A stretch of 64,000 nt of DNA from Paludibacteraceae bacterium (GTDB taxonomy: Bacteria; Bacteroidota; Bacteroidia; Bacteroidales; Paludibacteraceae): the NCBI GenBank assembly GCA_045587145.1, contig JAZNBO010000038.1:4275-68274 (forward strand), in the 5' to 3' direction. Within the stretch, counting starts at the first letter, position 1. Every line of letters starts with the position of its first letter. The notes under the pieces were generated by a model that saw only the letters and a list, made by a program, of their open reading frames with translations, did not search any database and had not been told where the DNA came from. A program made the position numbers and the translations under genes. This document shows positions 54,127 to 63,600 of the stretch, in pieces.

Positions 54127-54188
54127 ACCCGATTATAAATTAGGAGTAGAATGGGCTATAGCTTATTATGATTGTAAATTAGGATTTT

Positions 54189-55964
54189 ATGAAGAATATA
54201 CGTAACTTTTGTATTATTGCTCACATTGATCATGGCAAGTCAACTTTGGCGGATCGTTTGATAGAATACACTGCTACAGTGGATAAACGCTTGATGGAGA
54301 ATCAGGTGTTAGATGATATGGACTTGGAAAAAGAGCGTGGTATCACCATCAAGTCACATGCTATCCAAATGCAATACAAGGGCTATACCCTTAACCTCAT
54401 TGACACTCCCGGACACGTGGATTTCTCCTACGAGGTGAGTCGTAGTATTGCTGCATGCGAGGGCGCACTCTTGATTGTGGATGCTTCGCAGGGCGTTCAA
54501 GCACAGACAATTTCTAATCTCTATATGGCATTGGAACATGATTTGGAAATCATACCTGTGATGAACAAGTGCGACATGGATTCCGCAATGCCAGAGAAAG
54601 TGGAAGATGAAATCATTGATCTGTTGGGTTGCAAGCGAGAGGAGATATTGCGTTGTTCCGCTAAGACTGGTGATGGTGTGCCAGAAATCTTGGACGCAAT
54701 CATTGAGCGTATTGCTCCACCAGTAGGCGACCCAGAGGCTCCACTACAATGCTTGGTGTTTGACTCTGTATTCAATCCATTCCGCGGAATCATTGCTTAT
54801 TTCAAGGTAGTAAATGGTACGATGCGTACAGATGACCGTGTGCGTTTCTTCAATACAGGTAAGGAGTACGATGCTGACGAAATAGGTGTGCTGAAGTTGA
54901 ATATGCAACCTACGAAGGAGATTTCAGCAGGTAATGTAGGATATATCATTTCGGGTATCAAAACTTCTACTGAGGTAAAAGTGGGTGATACTATCACGCA
55001 CGTAGCTCGTCCTTGTGCTGAGGCAATTGAAGGCTTTGAGGAAGCGAAACCAATGGTGTTTGCCGGTGTGTACCCTATTGAGGCTGAAGATTATGAGGAT
55101 TTGCGCGCTTCCTTGGAAAAATTGCAACTTAATGACGCTGCGCTCACCTTCACTCCCGAATCATCAGTAGCCTTGGGATTTGGTTTCCGCTGCGGATTCT
55201 TGGGATTGTTGCACATGGAGATTGTGCAAGAGCGTTTGGACCGCGAGTTTGATATGGACGTTATCACCACAGTGCCTAACGTAAGTTACAATGTATATAC
55301 AAAGGACGGCGAGAAAGTGGAGGTGCATAACCCTGCAGGTATGCCTGACATAACTGCTATAGACCATATAGAAGAACCTTATATCCGCGCTAGCGTTATT
55401 ACGACTAGTAACTTTATTGGTCCAATCATGACACTATGTCTTGGCAAACGCGGTGAGTTGGTGAAACAAGAGTATATCTCGGGTGACCGAATGGAAATCC
55501 TTTACGATATGCCACTTGGTGAAATCGTGATAGACTTCTACGATAAGTTGAAATCCATCTCCAAAGGCTATGCTTCGTTTGACTGGCATCACAATGGTTT
55601 CCGCCCAAGTAACTTGGTGAAATTGGATATTCTGCTCAATGGTGAACAGGTGGATGCACTTTCTACATTGACTCACCGTGACAATGCGGAAAGTTTTGGT
55701 CGTCGTATGTGCGAGAAACTGAAAGAATTGCTTCCTCGTCAACAGTTTGATATTGCTATTCAAGCTGCTATTGGAGCAAAGATTATTGCTCGTGAGACGG
55801 TTAAGCAAGTGCGCAAGGACGTGTTGGCTAAATGTTATGGTGGTGACGTGAGTCGTAAGCGCAAACTCTTGGAGAAACAGAAGAAAGGTAAAAAGCGCAT
55901 GAAGCAAATCGGTAATGTGGAAGTGCCACAAAAGGCTTTCTTGGCTGTGTTGAAGTTGGATTAA
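54189..55964 (+). CDS. lepA: Elongation factor 4
   Basis: [19 protein letters not shown] and NKCD GTPase motifs; LepA C-terminal domain. Confidence 0.95.
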   Translation: MKNIRNFCIIAHIDHGKSTLADRLIEYTATVDKRLMENQVLDDMDLEKERGITIKSHAIQMQYKGYTLNLIDTPGHVDFSYEVSRSIAACEGALLIVDASQGVQAQTISNLYMALEHDLEIIPVMNKCDMDSAMPEKVEDEIIDLLGCKREEILRCSAKTGDGVPEILDAIIERIAPPVGDPEAPLQCLVFDSVFNPFRGIIAYFKVVNGTMRTDDRVRFFNTGKEYDADEIGVLKLNMQPTKEISAGNVGYIISGIKTSTEVKVGDTITHVARPCAEAIEGFEEAKPMVFAGVYPIEAEDYEDLRASLEKLQLNDAALTFTPESSVALGFGFRCGFLGLLHMEIVQERLDREFDMDVITTVPNVSYNVYTKDGEKVEVHNPAGMPDITAIDHIEEPYIRASVITTSNFIGPIMTLCLGKRGELVKQEYISGDRMEILYDMPLGEIVIDFYDKLKSISKGYASFDWHHNGFRPSNLVKLDILLNGEQVDALSTLTHRDNAESFGRRMCEKLKELLPRQQFDIAIQAAIGAKIIARETVKQVRKDVLAKCYGGDVSRKRKLLEKQKKGKKRMKQIGNVEVPQKAFLAVLKLD

Positions 55965-55967
55965 GAG

Positions 55968-56015
55968 GATTGGGGCTATTGGCTATTGGTTATTGGCTAT
56001 GGGCGAGGGGATAGG
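55968..56015. repeat. GGCTATTGG 8-bp array after the lepA stop
   Basis: GATTGGGGCTATTGGCTATTGGTTATTGGCTATGGGCGAGGGGATAGG. Confidence 0.85.
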
Positions 56016-56087
56016 CACGATTTTTGTATAAGCCAGCGGTGAAAAAGATAAAATAGTGAATTATTAATGATTAACTGATAATAAATC

Positions 56088-57407
56088 ATGGAGCAGATTG
56101 TACATAGTGCATGGAGCATGATTCCTTTTGGAATGATGCTGTTGATTATCGCCATTGCACCACTGATCGTGGCAGAGTGGTGGGACAAAAACAAACACAA
56201 GTTGGCGGTATCGCTATTGTTGGCTATCCCGACTGCCGTGTGTCTGGTCATGGGTGGTATGGCAAAAGAGCTGGAACACCAACTCTTGTCTGACTACATA
56301 CCGTTCATTGTATTGCTATTGGCTTTGTATGTTATTACTGGTGGAATCCACCTGTCTGGTGACATATTGGCTAAGCCATGGGTGAATACATCATTCTTGG
56401 CAATAGGATGGGTGTTGGCCAGTATCATGGGTACAACGGGTGCTGCCATGCTGCTGATTCGTCCGTTGTTGACCACCAATCAACAACGTGAACACAAGGT
56501 GCATACCGTATTGTTCTTCATCGCCTTGGTAGCTAACTGTGGTGGTTTGTTGACCCCACTGGGTGACCCACCATTGTTTATGCTCTTCTTGCGTGGTGCC
56601 GAGTTTACGTGGTTCTTGTCGCTCTTCCCACAATGGCTATTTACGGGTGCTGTATTGCTGTTGCTGTACTATTTGGTTGACTCCTTCTATTATAAGAAAG
56701 AGCATCATACTGCGTTGGAAGCCGATGCGCGCGAGCATAAACCATTGAATATTCAAGGTAAGACCAATCTGGTGTATCTGGTAGGTGTGATATTGTCTGT
56801 GGCATTTATTCACTCGGGAACTATTCCACAAATGGCTAATGCAAACTCTCCCTTGTGGATACGTTATATGCGCGAGTTGGTGCTGCTACTCTTGATGGCT
56901 ATGAGTCTACACACCACCAAACGTCATGTTCGTTATAGACTGAATAAGTACTCTTGGGCGCCTATTAATGAGGTGGCGGTGTTGTTCTTTGGTATCTTTG
57001 TGACGATGACACCTGCATTGGCGTATCTGAATGAAAACGCAGCATCATTAGGCTTGGCTCATACATGGCAGTTCTATTATGCAACAGGTGGATTGTCCAG
57101 TTTCTTGGACAACACGCCTACGGCGGTGGCTTTTCATAGTGTAGCTACGGGATTGACACCAGATCAAATGGCGGTATTTGGCGGTGGTATGGTGGCTGGT
57201 ATACCTGAAGTATTGTTGAAAGCGATATGTTTAGCTTCTGTGTTCTTCGGTGCTATGACCTATATTGGTAATGGACCAAACTTCATGGTAAAAGCTATCG
57301 CAGAGGAGAATGGTATTAAGATGCCATCGTTCTTTGGTTACATGTGGCGATTCTCTTTGATAGTGCTGTTGCCTGTGTATATTTTGGTGCAGTTGATATT
57401 CTTGTAA
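56088..57407 (+). CDS. Ion transporter of the ArsB/NhaD/CitMHS permease superfamily (sodium:proton antiporter-like)
   Basis: 439 aa; ~11-12 TM; the call rests on family-level resemblance only. Confidence 0.6.
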   Translation: MEQIVHSAWSMIPFGMMLLIIAIAPLIVAEWWDKNKHKLAVSLLLAIPTAVCLVMGGMAKELEHQLLSDYIPFIVLLLALYVITGGIHLSGDILAKPWVNTSFLAIGWVLASIMGTTGAAMLLIRPLLTTNQQREHKVHTVLFFIALVANCGGLLTPLGDPPLFMLFLRGAEFTWFLSLFPQWLFTGAVLLLLYYLVDSFYYKKEHHTALEADAREHKPLNIQGKTNLVYLVGVILSVAFIHSGTIPQMANANSPLWIRYMRELVLLLLMAMSLHTTKRHVRYRLNKYSWAPINEVAVLFFGIFVTMTPALAYLNENAASLGLAHTWQFYYATGGLSSFLDNTPTAVAFHSVATGLTPDQMAVFGGGMVAGIPEVLLKAICLASVFFGAMTYIGNGPNFMVKAIAEENGIKMPSFFGYMWRFSLIVLLPVYILVQLIFL

Positions 57408-57408
57408 T

Positions 57409-57445
57409 TAGGCGACGAGGCGAAAGGCTATTAGGCGAGAAGCAA
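57409..57445. repeat. GGCGAnGAGGCGAAAGGC array after the permease stop
   Basis: TAGGCGACGAGGCGAAAGGCTATTAGGCGAGAAGCAA. Confidence 0.8.
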
Positions 57446-57471
57446 GAAATAGCGGCTTTGCCGCATGCCCC

Positions 57472-57503
57472 AGCCTTTTACCTCTAACCTTTAATCTTTA
57501 AAC
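57472..57503. repeat. 7-bp CCTTTAA-type array upstream of the yqeY start
   Basis: CAGCCTTTTACCTCTAACCTTTAATCTTTAAA. Confidence 0.75.
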
Positions 57504-57513
57504 AGATAATAAT

Positions 57514-57966
57514 ATGAATCTTTTCGAACAAATCAGCGAGGACATCAAGAAAGCGATGCTCGCAAAGGATAAAGTGGCGTTGGACGCGCTGCGTGGTATA
57601 AAGAAAGAGTTCTTGGAGGCCAAGACCGCCAAAGGCGGCGATGGCGAGTTGCACGATGACCGTGCCTTGCAGATTCTGCAAAAGATGGTGAAGCAACGCA
57701 AAGAGGCAGCCGAGATGTTCCGTGCTGCCAATCGCCCAGAACTGGCAGAGGATGAGATGGCGCAATGTGCTGTCATTGAGCGCTATCTGCCTGCTATGAT
57801 GAGCGAAGAGGAATTGAAGACTGTTTTGGCAGAGATTATTGCGCAAGTAGGTGCTACTGGTCCACAGGATATGGGTAAGGTGATGGGCGTTGCAACAAAG
57901 CAGTTGGCAGGCAAAGCAGAAGGCAAAACCATTAATATGGTAGTACGTCAATTGCTAACAAAGTAA
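57514..57966 (+). CDS. GatB/YqeY-domain protein
   Basis: 150 aa; MNLFEQISEDIKKAMLAKDK...LRGIKKEF typical of the YqeY family. Confidence 0.85.
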   Translation: MNLFEQISEDIKKAMLAKDKVALDALRGIKKEFLEAKTAKGGDGELHDDRALQILQKMVKQRKEAAEMFRAANRPELAEDEMAQCAVIERYLPAMMSEEELKTVLAEIIAQVGATGPQDMGKVMGVATKQLAGKAEGKTINMVVRQLLTK

Positions 57967-57968
57967 TT

Positions 57969-58583
57969 GTGTTTAAGATTTTTCAGAAAGCAATATTTGC
58001 CGGTATATGCATTGGTATTGCTGGCTGGGGTTTCCTAGTGGATAAAACACTGGGAATGTTCCTTTTTATTTTTGGACTGGCAACGGTGGTGTCGTATGAG
58101 GCTAAACTCTATACGGGAGTGTCGGGCTTCTGTCAGAACTTGAGCGATATAAAGCAATTGGTCGCAATTATTCTGCCAGGAAACATTATAGGTTGCTTGT
58201 TAGTGGCACTGATGAGTATGTTTACCACCTTACCTGTACATGAAGCGGCATGCGGTGTGTTAACCTCCCGATTGGCGAGTGGACCGCTGGCATGCGGCGT
58301 GTTGGGCATAGGTTGTGGTATATTAATGACAAGTGCCGTGGCTTTTGCTAAAAAAGGTAAGGAGTTTGGTTATTGGGTGCCTTTGCTTTTCGCTGTACCA
58401 TTGTTCATTCATTGCGGTTTTCCGCACTGTATAGCGGATGCATTCTACTATTTGACTGCTGCGGACTACATCATAGAGCAACCTCAAGTGTTGTGGTGCT
58501 ATCTGATGACGGTAATCGGTAACTTTGTAGGGTGTAATGTGCCAAGAATGAATTATTTTGCAGAAAAATGCACTAAAAAGTAG
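57969..58583 (+). CDS. Small polytopic membrane protein, formate/nitrite-transporter-like
   Basis: GFPHCIADAFYY resembles the FNT GFEHS(I/V)ANM motif; only 204 aa; GTG start. Confidence 0.4.
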   Translation: MFKIFQKAIFAGICIGIAGWGFLVDKTLGMFLFIFGLATVVSYEAKLYTGVSGFCQNLSDIKQLVAIILPGNIIGCLLVALMSMFTTLPVHEAACGVLTSRLASGPLACGVLGIGCGILMTSAVAFAKKGKEFGYWVPLLFAVPLFIHCGFPHCIADAFYYLTAADYIIEQPQVLWCYLMTVIGNFVGCNVPRMNYFAEKCTKK

Positions 58584-58784
58584 TTTTTTTTGTAAAATAT
58601 TTGGTCATATATGCGGGTTGAAACCCTCCATTTATCGAACAGTAGTACCTTCGGACGCCGCCTTGCGATTTGTTCGATTTTTACAAGAAAATCTCACAAA
58701 TGGAGCAATTCCCCCGAAGTTACGTTTGCTAAATGCTGCAAATATGCACTTTTTTACTATAAAAATGCATTTTTTCATAAAAAA

Positions 58785-58833
58785 ATTTGCATATTTGCAT
58801 TTTTTGTAGTACCTTTGCACTCGCTTTTGAAAA
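58785..58833 (+). promoter_or_regulatory. tRNA-Leu promoter plus conserved leader
   Basis: TTTGCATATTTGCA, spacer, then GTACCTTTGCACTCGCTTTTGAAAA (25 nt identical to the tRNA-Arg leader). Confidence 0.75.
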
Positions 58834-58840
58834 AGAGCAT

Positions 58841-58924
58841 GCCCAGATGGCGGAATCGGTAGACGCGCTGGTCTCAAACACCAGTAGGTTCACCCCTGTG
58901 CCGGTTCGACCCCGGCTCTGGGTA
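58841..58924 (+). tRNA. tRNA-Leu (anticodon CAA), long variable arm, no encoded CCA
   Basis: Acceptor GCCCAGA/TCTGGGT; anticodon stem CTGGT/ACCAG with loop CTCAAAC; T arm CCGG-TTCGACC-CCGG. Confidence 0.9.
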
Positions 58925-58926
58925 CA

Positions 58927-58958
58927 AAGGCCGCCTAACAAAAGTTAGGTGGCCTTTT
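58927..58958 (+). terminator. Terminator-like hairpin after tRNA-Leu
   Basis: AAGGCCGCCTAAC-AAAA-GTTAGGTGGCCTTTT. Confidence 0.7.
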
Positions 58959-59056
58959 AAATTGAGAATTATTTATTAACCCATAAAAAGGTCAGGCGGG
59001 AGACTTAAACATCCGCTATCACTCGGAACGGGCTAACTGCCTGGAGAGACAAAGAG

Positions 59057-59063
59057 AAGGAGG
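59057..59063 (+). promoter_or_regulatory. Strong Shine-Dalgarno AAGGAGG 8 nt upstream of the rpsU ATG
   Basis: Read directly; matches the known SD-dependent autoregulation of bS21 in Bacteroidia. Confidence 0.75.
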
Positions 59064-59071
59064 TGTATGCA

Positions 59072-59266
59072 ATGATCATTGTACCAGTAAAGGAAGGCGA
59101 GAACATCGAGCGCGCGATTAAGAAATTCAAACGCAAATTTGACAAGACCGGTGTAGTGAAAGAGCTTCGTCGTCGTCAACAATTCTCAAAACCATCAGAG
59201 ATCAAGCGTGAGAAAATGATGCACGCAATCTATGTGCAATCTTTGCATGCGCATGATGGCGAGTAA
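59072..59266 (+). CDS. rpsU: 30S ribosomal protein S21
   Basis: MIIVPVKEGENIERAIKKFKRKFDKTGV; ATG 59072 preferred over GTG 59063. Confidence 0.95.
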   Translation: MIIVPVKEGENIERAIKKFKRKFDKTGVVKELRRRQQFSKPSEIKREKMMHAIYVQSLHAHDGE

Positions 59267-59287
59267 TTCGTAAGAAAGCGAAGATAA

Positions 59288-59320
59288 TAAAAAAGCATAC
59301 CGATGGGTGTGCTTTTTTTT
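59288..59320 (+). terminator. rpsU intrinsic terminator
   Basis: AAAAAAGCATACC-GAT-GGGTGTGCTTTTTTTT. Confidence 0.8.
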
Positions 59321-59370
59321 GTTGTGTAGAATGGTATAGTATGGTGTATGGTTGTGTGGGGTAGTGCAAA
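59321..59370. repeat. 10-bp-phased GTGTAG/GTATAG array after the rpsU terminator
   Basis: GTTGTGTAGAATGGTATAGTATGGTGTATGGTTGTGTGGGGTAGTGCAAA. Confidence 0.8.
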
Positions 59371-59420
59371 AATTGTGAATAATATAGCAATTATTAATAA
59401 TTGAGCGATAAATGGATACA

Positions 59421-59456
59421 AAATTTGCTTAATCAATAGAAATGTATTAACTTTGC
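59421..59456 (+). promoter_or_regulatory. Bacteroidota promoter for the 205-aa secreted protein gene
   Basis: AAATTTGCTTAATC, spacer, then TAACTTTG at 59448-59455. Confidence 0.6.
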
Positions 59457-59483
59457 ACCAAAATTAAGAATATAGTATTAGGT

Positions 59484-60101
59484 ATGAAAAAGAATTTTAC
59501 ACGTTTTTTTGCACTCGTGACGAGTGTGGTACTGCCAAGTATGGCAATGGCTGAATTAGCCTATAATGTTCCTTTCACAGAGACAGATTGGAATGATGAG
59601 ACAACAATTGTAGCAGATGAAGGCGATAATGAGTGGTCGAGTAAGCATGGTATATGTTTGGGCAATAATGTACTCGGAGGATTTGACTATGACGATAAAT
59701 ACGTGGTAATAGCATTGGCGAACAATGCTACTCCTACTCGTGTTACTGCCACTACAAAAACACGCGATACTGCTGGATTGAATACAGGTGCTACTCGTGT
59801 GTACTTCTCGGTATCTGTGAGTGCAGATAATGAGAATTTTGCAGAAGTATGGACATCAGAGAGCAAGAAGAATGATATAGATGTCACTTTGCCTGCGGAT
59901 ACACGCTATCTGAAAGTATTGTATAGCGGTAATTTTGCTGGTTGTGTGGAAGGACTGATTGTATATGGCGAAGTGGTGGAAACTGGAGTAGAAGACTTGA
60001 TTGCACCCCAAAGCACTGCTGTGAAAGTGATGATGAACGGACAGATTTACATTGTAAAAGATAATCAAATGTATGACTGCTTGGGCAGAATGGTAAAGTA
60101 A
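59484..60101 (+). CDS. Secreted protein with jelly-roll/CBM-like domain and short C-terminal beta-hairpin tail
   Basis: Signal peptide MKKNFTRFFALVTSVVLPSMAMA; C-terminus KVMMNGQIYIVKDNQMYDCLGRMVK. Confidence 0.5.
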   Translation: MKKNFTRFFALVTSVVLPSMAMAELAYNVPFTETDWNDETTIVADEGDNEWSSKHGICLGNNVLGGFDYDDKYVVIALANNATPTRVTATTKTRDTAGLNTGATRVYFSVSVSADNENFAEVWTSESKKNDIDVTLPADTRYLKVLYSGNFAGCVEGLIVYGEVVETGVEDLIAPQSTAVKVMMNGQIYIVKDNQMYDCLGRMVK

Positions 60102-60120
60102 TCTCAACTACTGAAATAGA

Positions 60121-60160
60121 AAGAAATAGGGCGTATCATAATAGATGCGCCCTATTTCTT
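60121..60160. terminator. Bidirectional terminator between convergent genes
   Basis: AGAAATAGGGCGTATC-ATAATA-GATGCGCCCTATTTCT. Confidence 0.8.
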
Positions 60161-60187
60161 TACCCAAATCTAATGACCGATTTGGGT

Positions 60188-60655
60188 TTATGCTTGTGTG
60201 CGGCTTGTCCTCCGCTTCAATATAGGATAAAGGATTGCGAGCATTAGGATAAAGAGCAGTGCGTCCCAATCAAGGTGGAGAGGAGCAAACTGAGGCGGAG
60301 CGATAGTGCCATTGTTATTGGTTGTGGTACTATTGTTTTGCGGAGTAGTGGGAATAAACCCTGTCTCGTCGGACAAGACGCCACCGCCCAATGTAGATGC
60401 TACCGTTTTGATAGAACCATTGGCAATGCATATAGGAGCAGTGGAATAAGCATGGTCTGAGGACGATGTGGCGTATTGGCTATTTGAGCGCATAAATGAA
60501 TTGCTTCCCGAAGAATAGGGGGTAGCAATGCTTATGTCGCCACCACCTCCATACGAACGGTAGGTACTTGACGAAGTAGTGAAGATTTGCGCCCTAGCCG
60601 ATGAGAAATGTATCATCGGACATAGCACTAGCAATATGATATAAATTCTTTTCAA
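60188..60655 (-). CDS. S/T/G/N-rich secreted protein with C-terminal TM helix and basic tail
   Basis: Signal peptide; low-complexity body; C-terminus LLFILMLAILYPILKRRTSRTQA; 40 nt downstream of the adhesin gene. Confidence 0.45.
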   Translation of the reverse strand: MKRIYIILLVLCPMIHFSSARAQIFTTSSSTYRSYGGGGDISIATPYSSGSNSFMRSNSQYATSSSDHAYSTAPICIANGSIKTVASTLGGGVLSDETGFIPTTPQNNSTTTNNNGTIAPPQFAPLHLDWDALLFILMLAILYPILKRRTSRTQA

Positions 60656-60695
60656 ATCAAACAGTCTAATATATTTTTTGTCTTATTGGTGGTTA

Positions 60696-63600
60696 TTATT
60701 TCTTTATCACCTTGTATGTGTAATTATTGATGCGTATTAAATATACGCCTGCGGATAGGTGGGATAAGTTGTAAGTATATGGAGTGTCGGATATAGCTTG
60801 TGTGAGAATGTGCGCACCACTAACATTGTAAATCTGCAATGTACTGTTGGCTGGTGTGCCTGTGATATGCAAAACATTGTTATCCATCCAAATGCTGACA
60901 TTGTTAATATCTTCGGTGTCAGTAGGCGAGTTGTTACCACCCTTAGGAGAGAGGAGTAGGCGGAAACGGTGATCGTTGATAGATAGAGCAGTCGCCGTGA
61001 AGGTATATGGCATGTCCTGTTGCATAGCTACGATAGTGTCCTGCTCAAGGTCTTCGAGATAGAGCATATCTCCAATGAGTGAACTGAAAGATAGAGTGTA
61101 TTGCGTGTCGGAACCTGCTTGGAAACCGATATACATACTATCAATATAATTAGAGCAAGACACTTCCATCTTACCAAATGATTCGGTTGTGTAGATATTG
61201 GTTAGTCCCGTCACTGTTTGGTTAGGAGCATCGTAACCATTGTCGTAATCAGGGGTGGTCTCATCGGATTGGATAATGTATAGTCGGTCCGCACCGCTAT
61301 TAGCACTATTGAGTTGGAGACGTATGCGGCGGAAAGAGCTACGCTGCATTTGCTCTTGTGCCTGAATGCGTTGTGGCTTGCGCATTGGCTCGTGCATGTC
61401 AGTAGTGATGTTGGTGTTGGTTCCTGCTTTCCAAACGTGCTTGTCGTAGTTAAGGCGAATCTTCGCTCCGTCGGCATTGGCGATGACATATATACCTTGC
61501 ATAGGAGGTAAGGTGGTAATCTCTGCACCGTCCATATATGATGATGAGAATGCTGGCACAGCGCAATACTGACCTGGGGTATTGTTGCCGTTAGAGCCCT
61601 TGCTCTGTTCCGTATCGTATTTGTTCCAATCGTTCCATGAACCTGAATTGAAGATATAGAAGGTCTTTTCTAGATCACCTTCAAAGTCTTCTGGTGTGAA
61701 GTTCTTGGCGTCAATAGGTGCCATGAAGCTATTGGCAAAGAGGTTGTTGCCGTTCATTCCACTTGAAGTCTTGGTGAGCGTGATGGTTTGGTTTTGATTG
61801 ATAGGCTCTGCGATAAGCTCGTAAGTAGGCTTCCCGTATTGGGTAATAGCATAACCAGCGAATGGTTCGAGGGTGAGGGTTCCAGTTTTGTTGATCCAGT
61901 TTTGTGGTTCACTCCATTGGTAGAGCCATGTGATATAGTCCACAGTGAATTGGCAATTAGCACCTGGTGCACCAATGTACTGCCAAGTAGCATCTTTATT
62001 CGCTCCATCATCAAGGGTAGATTTGGTTTGGTAGCGGACGGTAGTCTTAGGCATCGTACCTGTGTACTCTGGTGATATGCGCAGGAAGCCAGCACCTGTT
62101 TTGAGGTTATCGATGATGAGGCTGCTACCATCGGTAGCGGCACCTGTGACACCCTGTGCTCCTACGGAGAGTCCGCCTGTGGAAGTGATGTGAATACTAC
62201 CTAAATTACCATTCTCGCCCATAGCAAATGTGATACCTGCGATAGAAATGGTTTCCGTAAGTACAGTAGAAGCTTGAATGGTGACTGCCTCGTGTTCGTA
62301 TGGCAGGCGACAGATATTCCAGTTGTTAGTATTATTCCAATCTTCATCTTCTGTTCCCATGAAAATAGGGTTAATAGCGATTTGGAAAGTGTAGATTATC
62401 TCAAATGGTTCGTAGTTGTTGCTACCGTCGTTGCTTCCTTTGAGTTGGATTGTACCATTTTGGAATAGTGTGAGCGTACCATCCACGAAGTCAGCATATT
62501 GGTTACCTTCAATTACTTCCCATGTGATAGAAAGGTCGGCAGTCGTCTTTTCTGGGAAATGAATGTGTCCGCAATGCTCAATAATTTCTGGTGCGTCCCA
62601 ATTGAGTTGTTGCAATCCTTTTTGAATATTTTGCGCACGAAGGATAACCACCTTTTCCATTCCTGAATTAAAATCAGTAAAGGTTACGGTTTCTTGCATG
62701 TTTTCACCTAATTGTGAAGGTGTCCAGAATACTTGAATGTTTTGTGTGCCGAACTCACCGCATTCACCAAAACTGCTTGGGGTTGCTACCACATCGGTGG
62801 AAGATACAACAGGTGAGAGTGTGGACTTGATATTGGAATACGCAATTGTAAACGTTTGCTCTTCGCGGCTACCCACGTGTATCTGTCCGAAGTCAATAAC
62901 ATCTGGACCTTCAATAAATTGTGCAGGGTGTACTTTTATGTTTTGTAAGAATTGGTAGCCCTGTCCACCTGAGTTACGCGCAAAGCGAATGTGTGTAGCG
63001 GTGCGTGAGAGTGGAATACTATCTATATTTACTTTGTCCTCAGCAGGGTAAATAGTGGTGATTGTATTCCAACTATTGCCTCCATCGGTGGATTCTTCTA
63101 CTCGAATTTCTGCTGCGTAGTATTGAATAGCCAAATCCCAAGACTCACCATAATGTTCTACCAATACATAGCCTGGAATGCCTTTATTGAGGTCGAGTGG
63201 CATAGCTTCTTTAATGATTTCATTTAGACTGTATTGGAAGAATTGTATTGGTCCATTCTCATCAAGCAACAGCACATCTTCGCAACCTGCTGTTTCTGGG
63301 CGAACAATGACAGGTACTGTAAGTGTAGCAGCAGCAAAGTCATCGGTATCAGGCACATGCGCTGTGAGGGTAGTTTTACCTACAGAGTGAATAGTCAAAA
63401 GACTACCACTCACGGACACGATACTGGTGTTCGCGCTTTGGTATGTCAGTTTGGCTGTTTGCTCAGGGCTATAAACGATTTGTCCGTTTTCGGTTTGCAC
63501 ATAGACTTGCGCTGTTAGCGTAATGGTCTGATTGTTATCGCTTTTTACCAAATCGCTCAATGGGTCGTTCCAAATGATATATTGTAATCGTTTGTCTGTA

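Noticed and set aside
58611-58941. ORFs 58611-58862, 58632-58877 and 58729-58941, which overlap the tRNA-Leu promoter and gene.
   Set aside because: They run through a tRNA gene and AT-rich promoter DNA, and they show no coding features.
58985-59050. GGTCAGGCGGGAG...CTGCCTGGAG in the rpsU leader vaguely recalled the SRP (4.5S) RNA.
   Set aside because: It lacks the conserved domain IV GGAA/AGCA asymmetric-loop motifs and the expected length. It is better treated as an mRNA leader.
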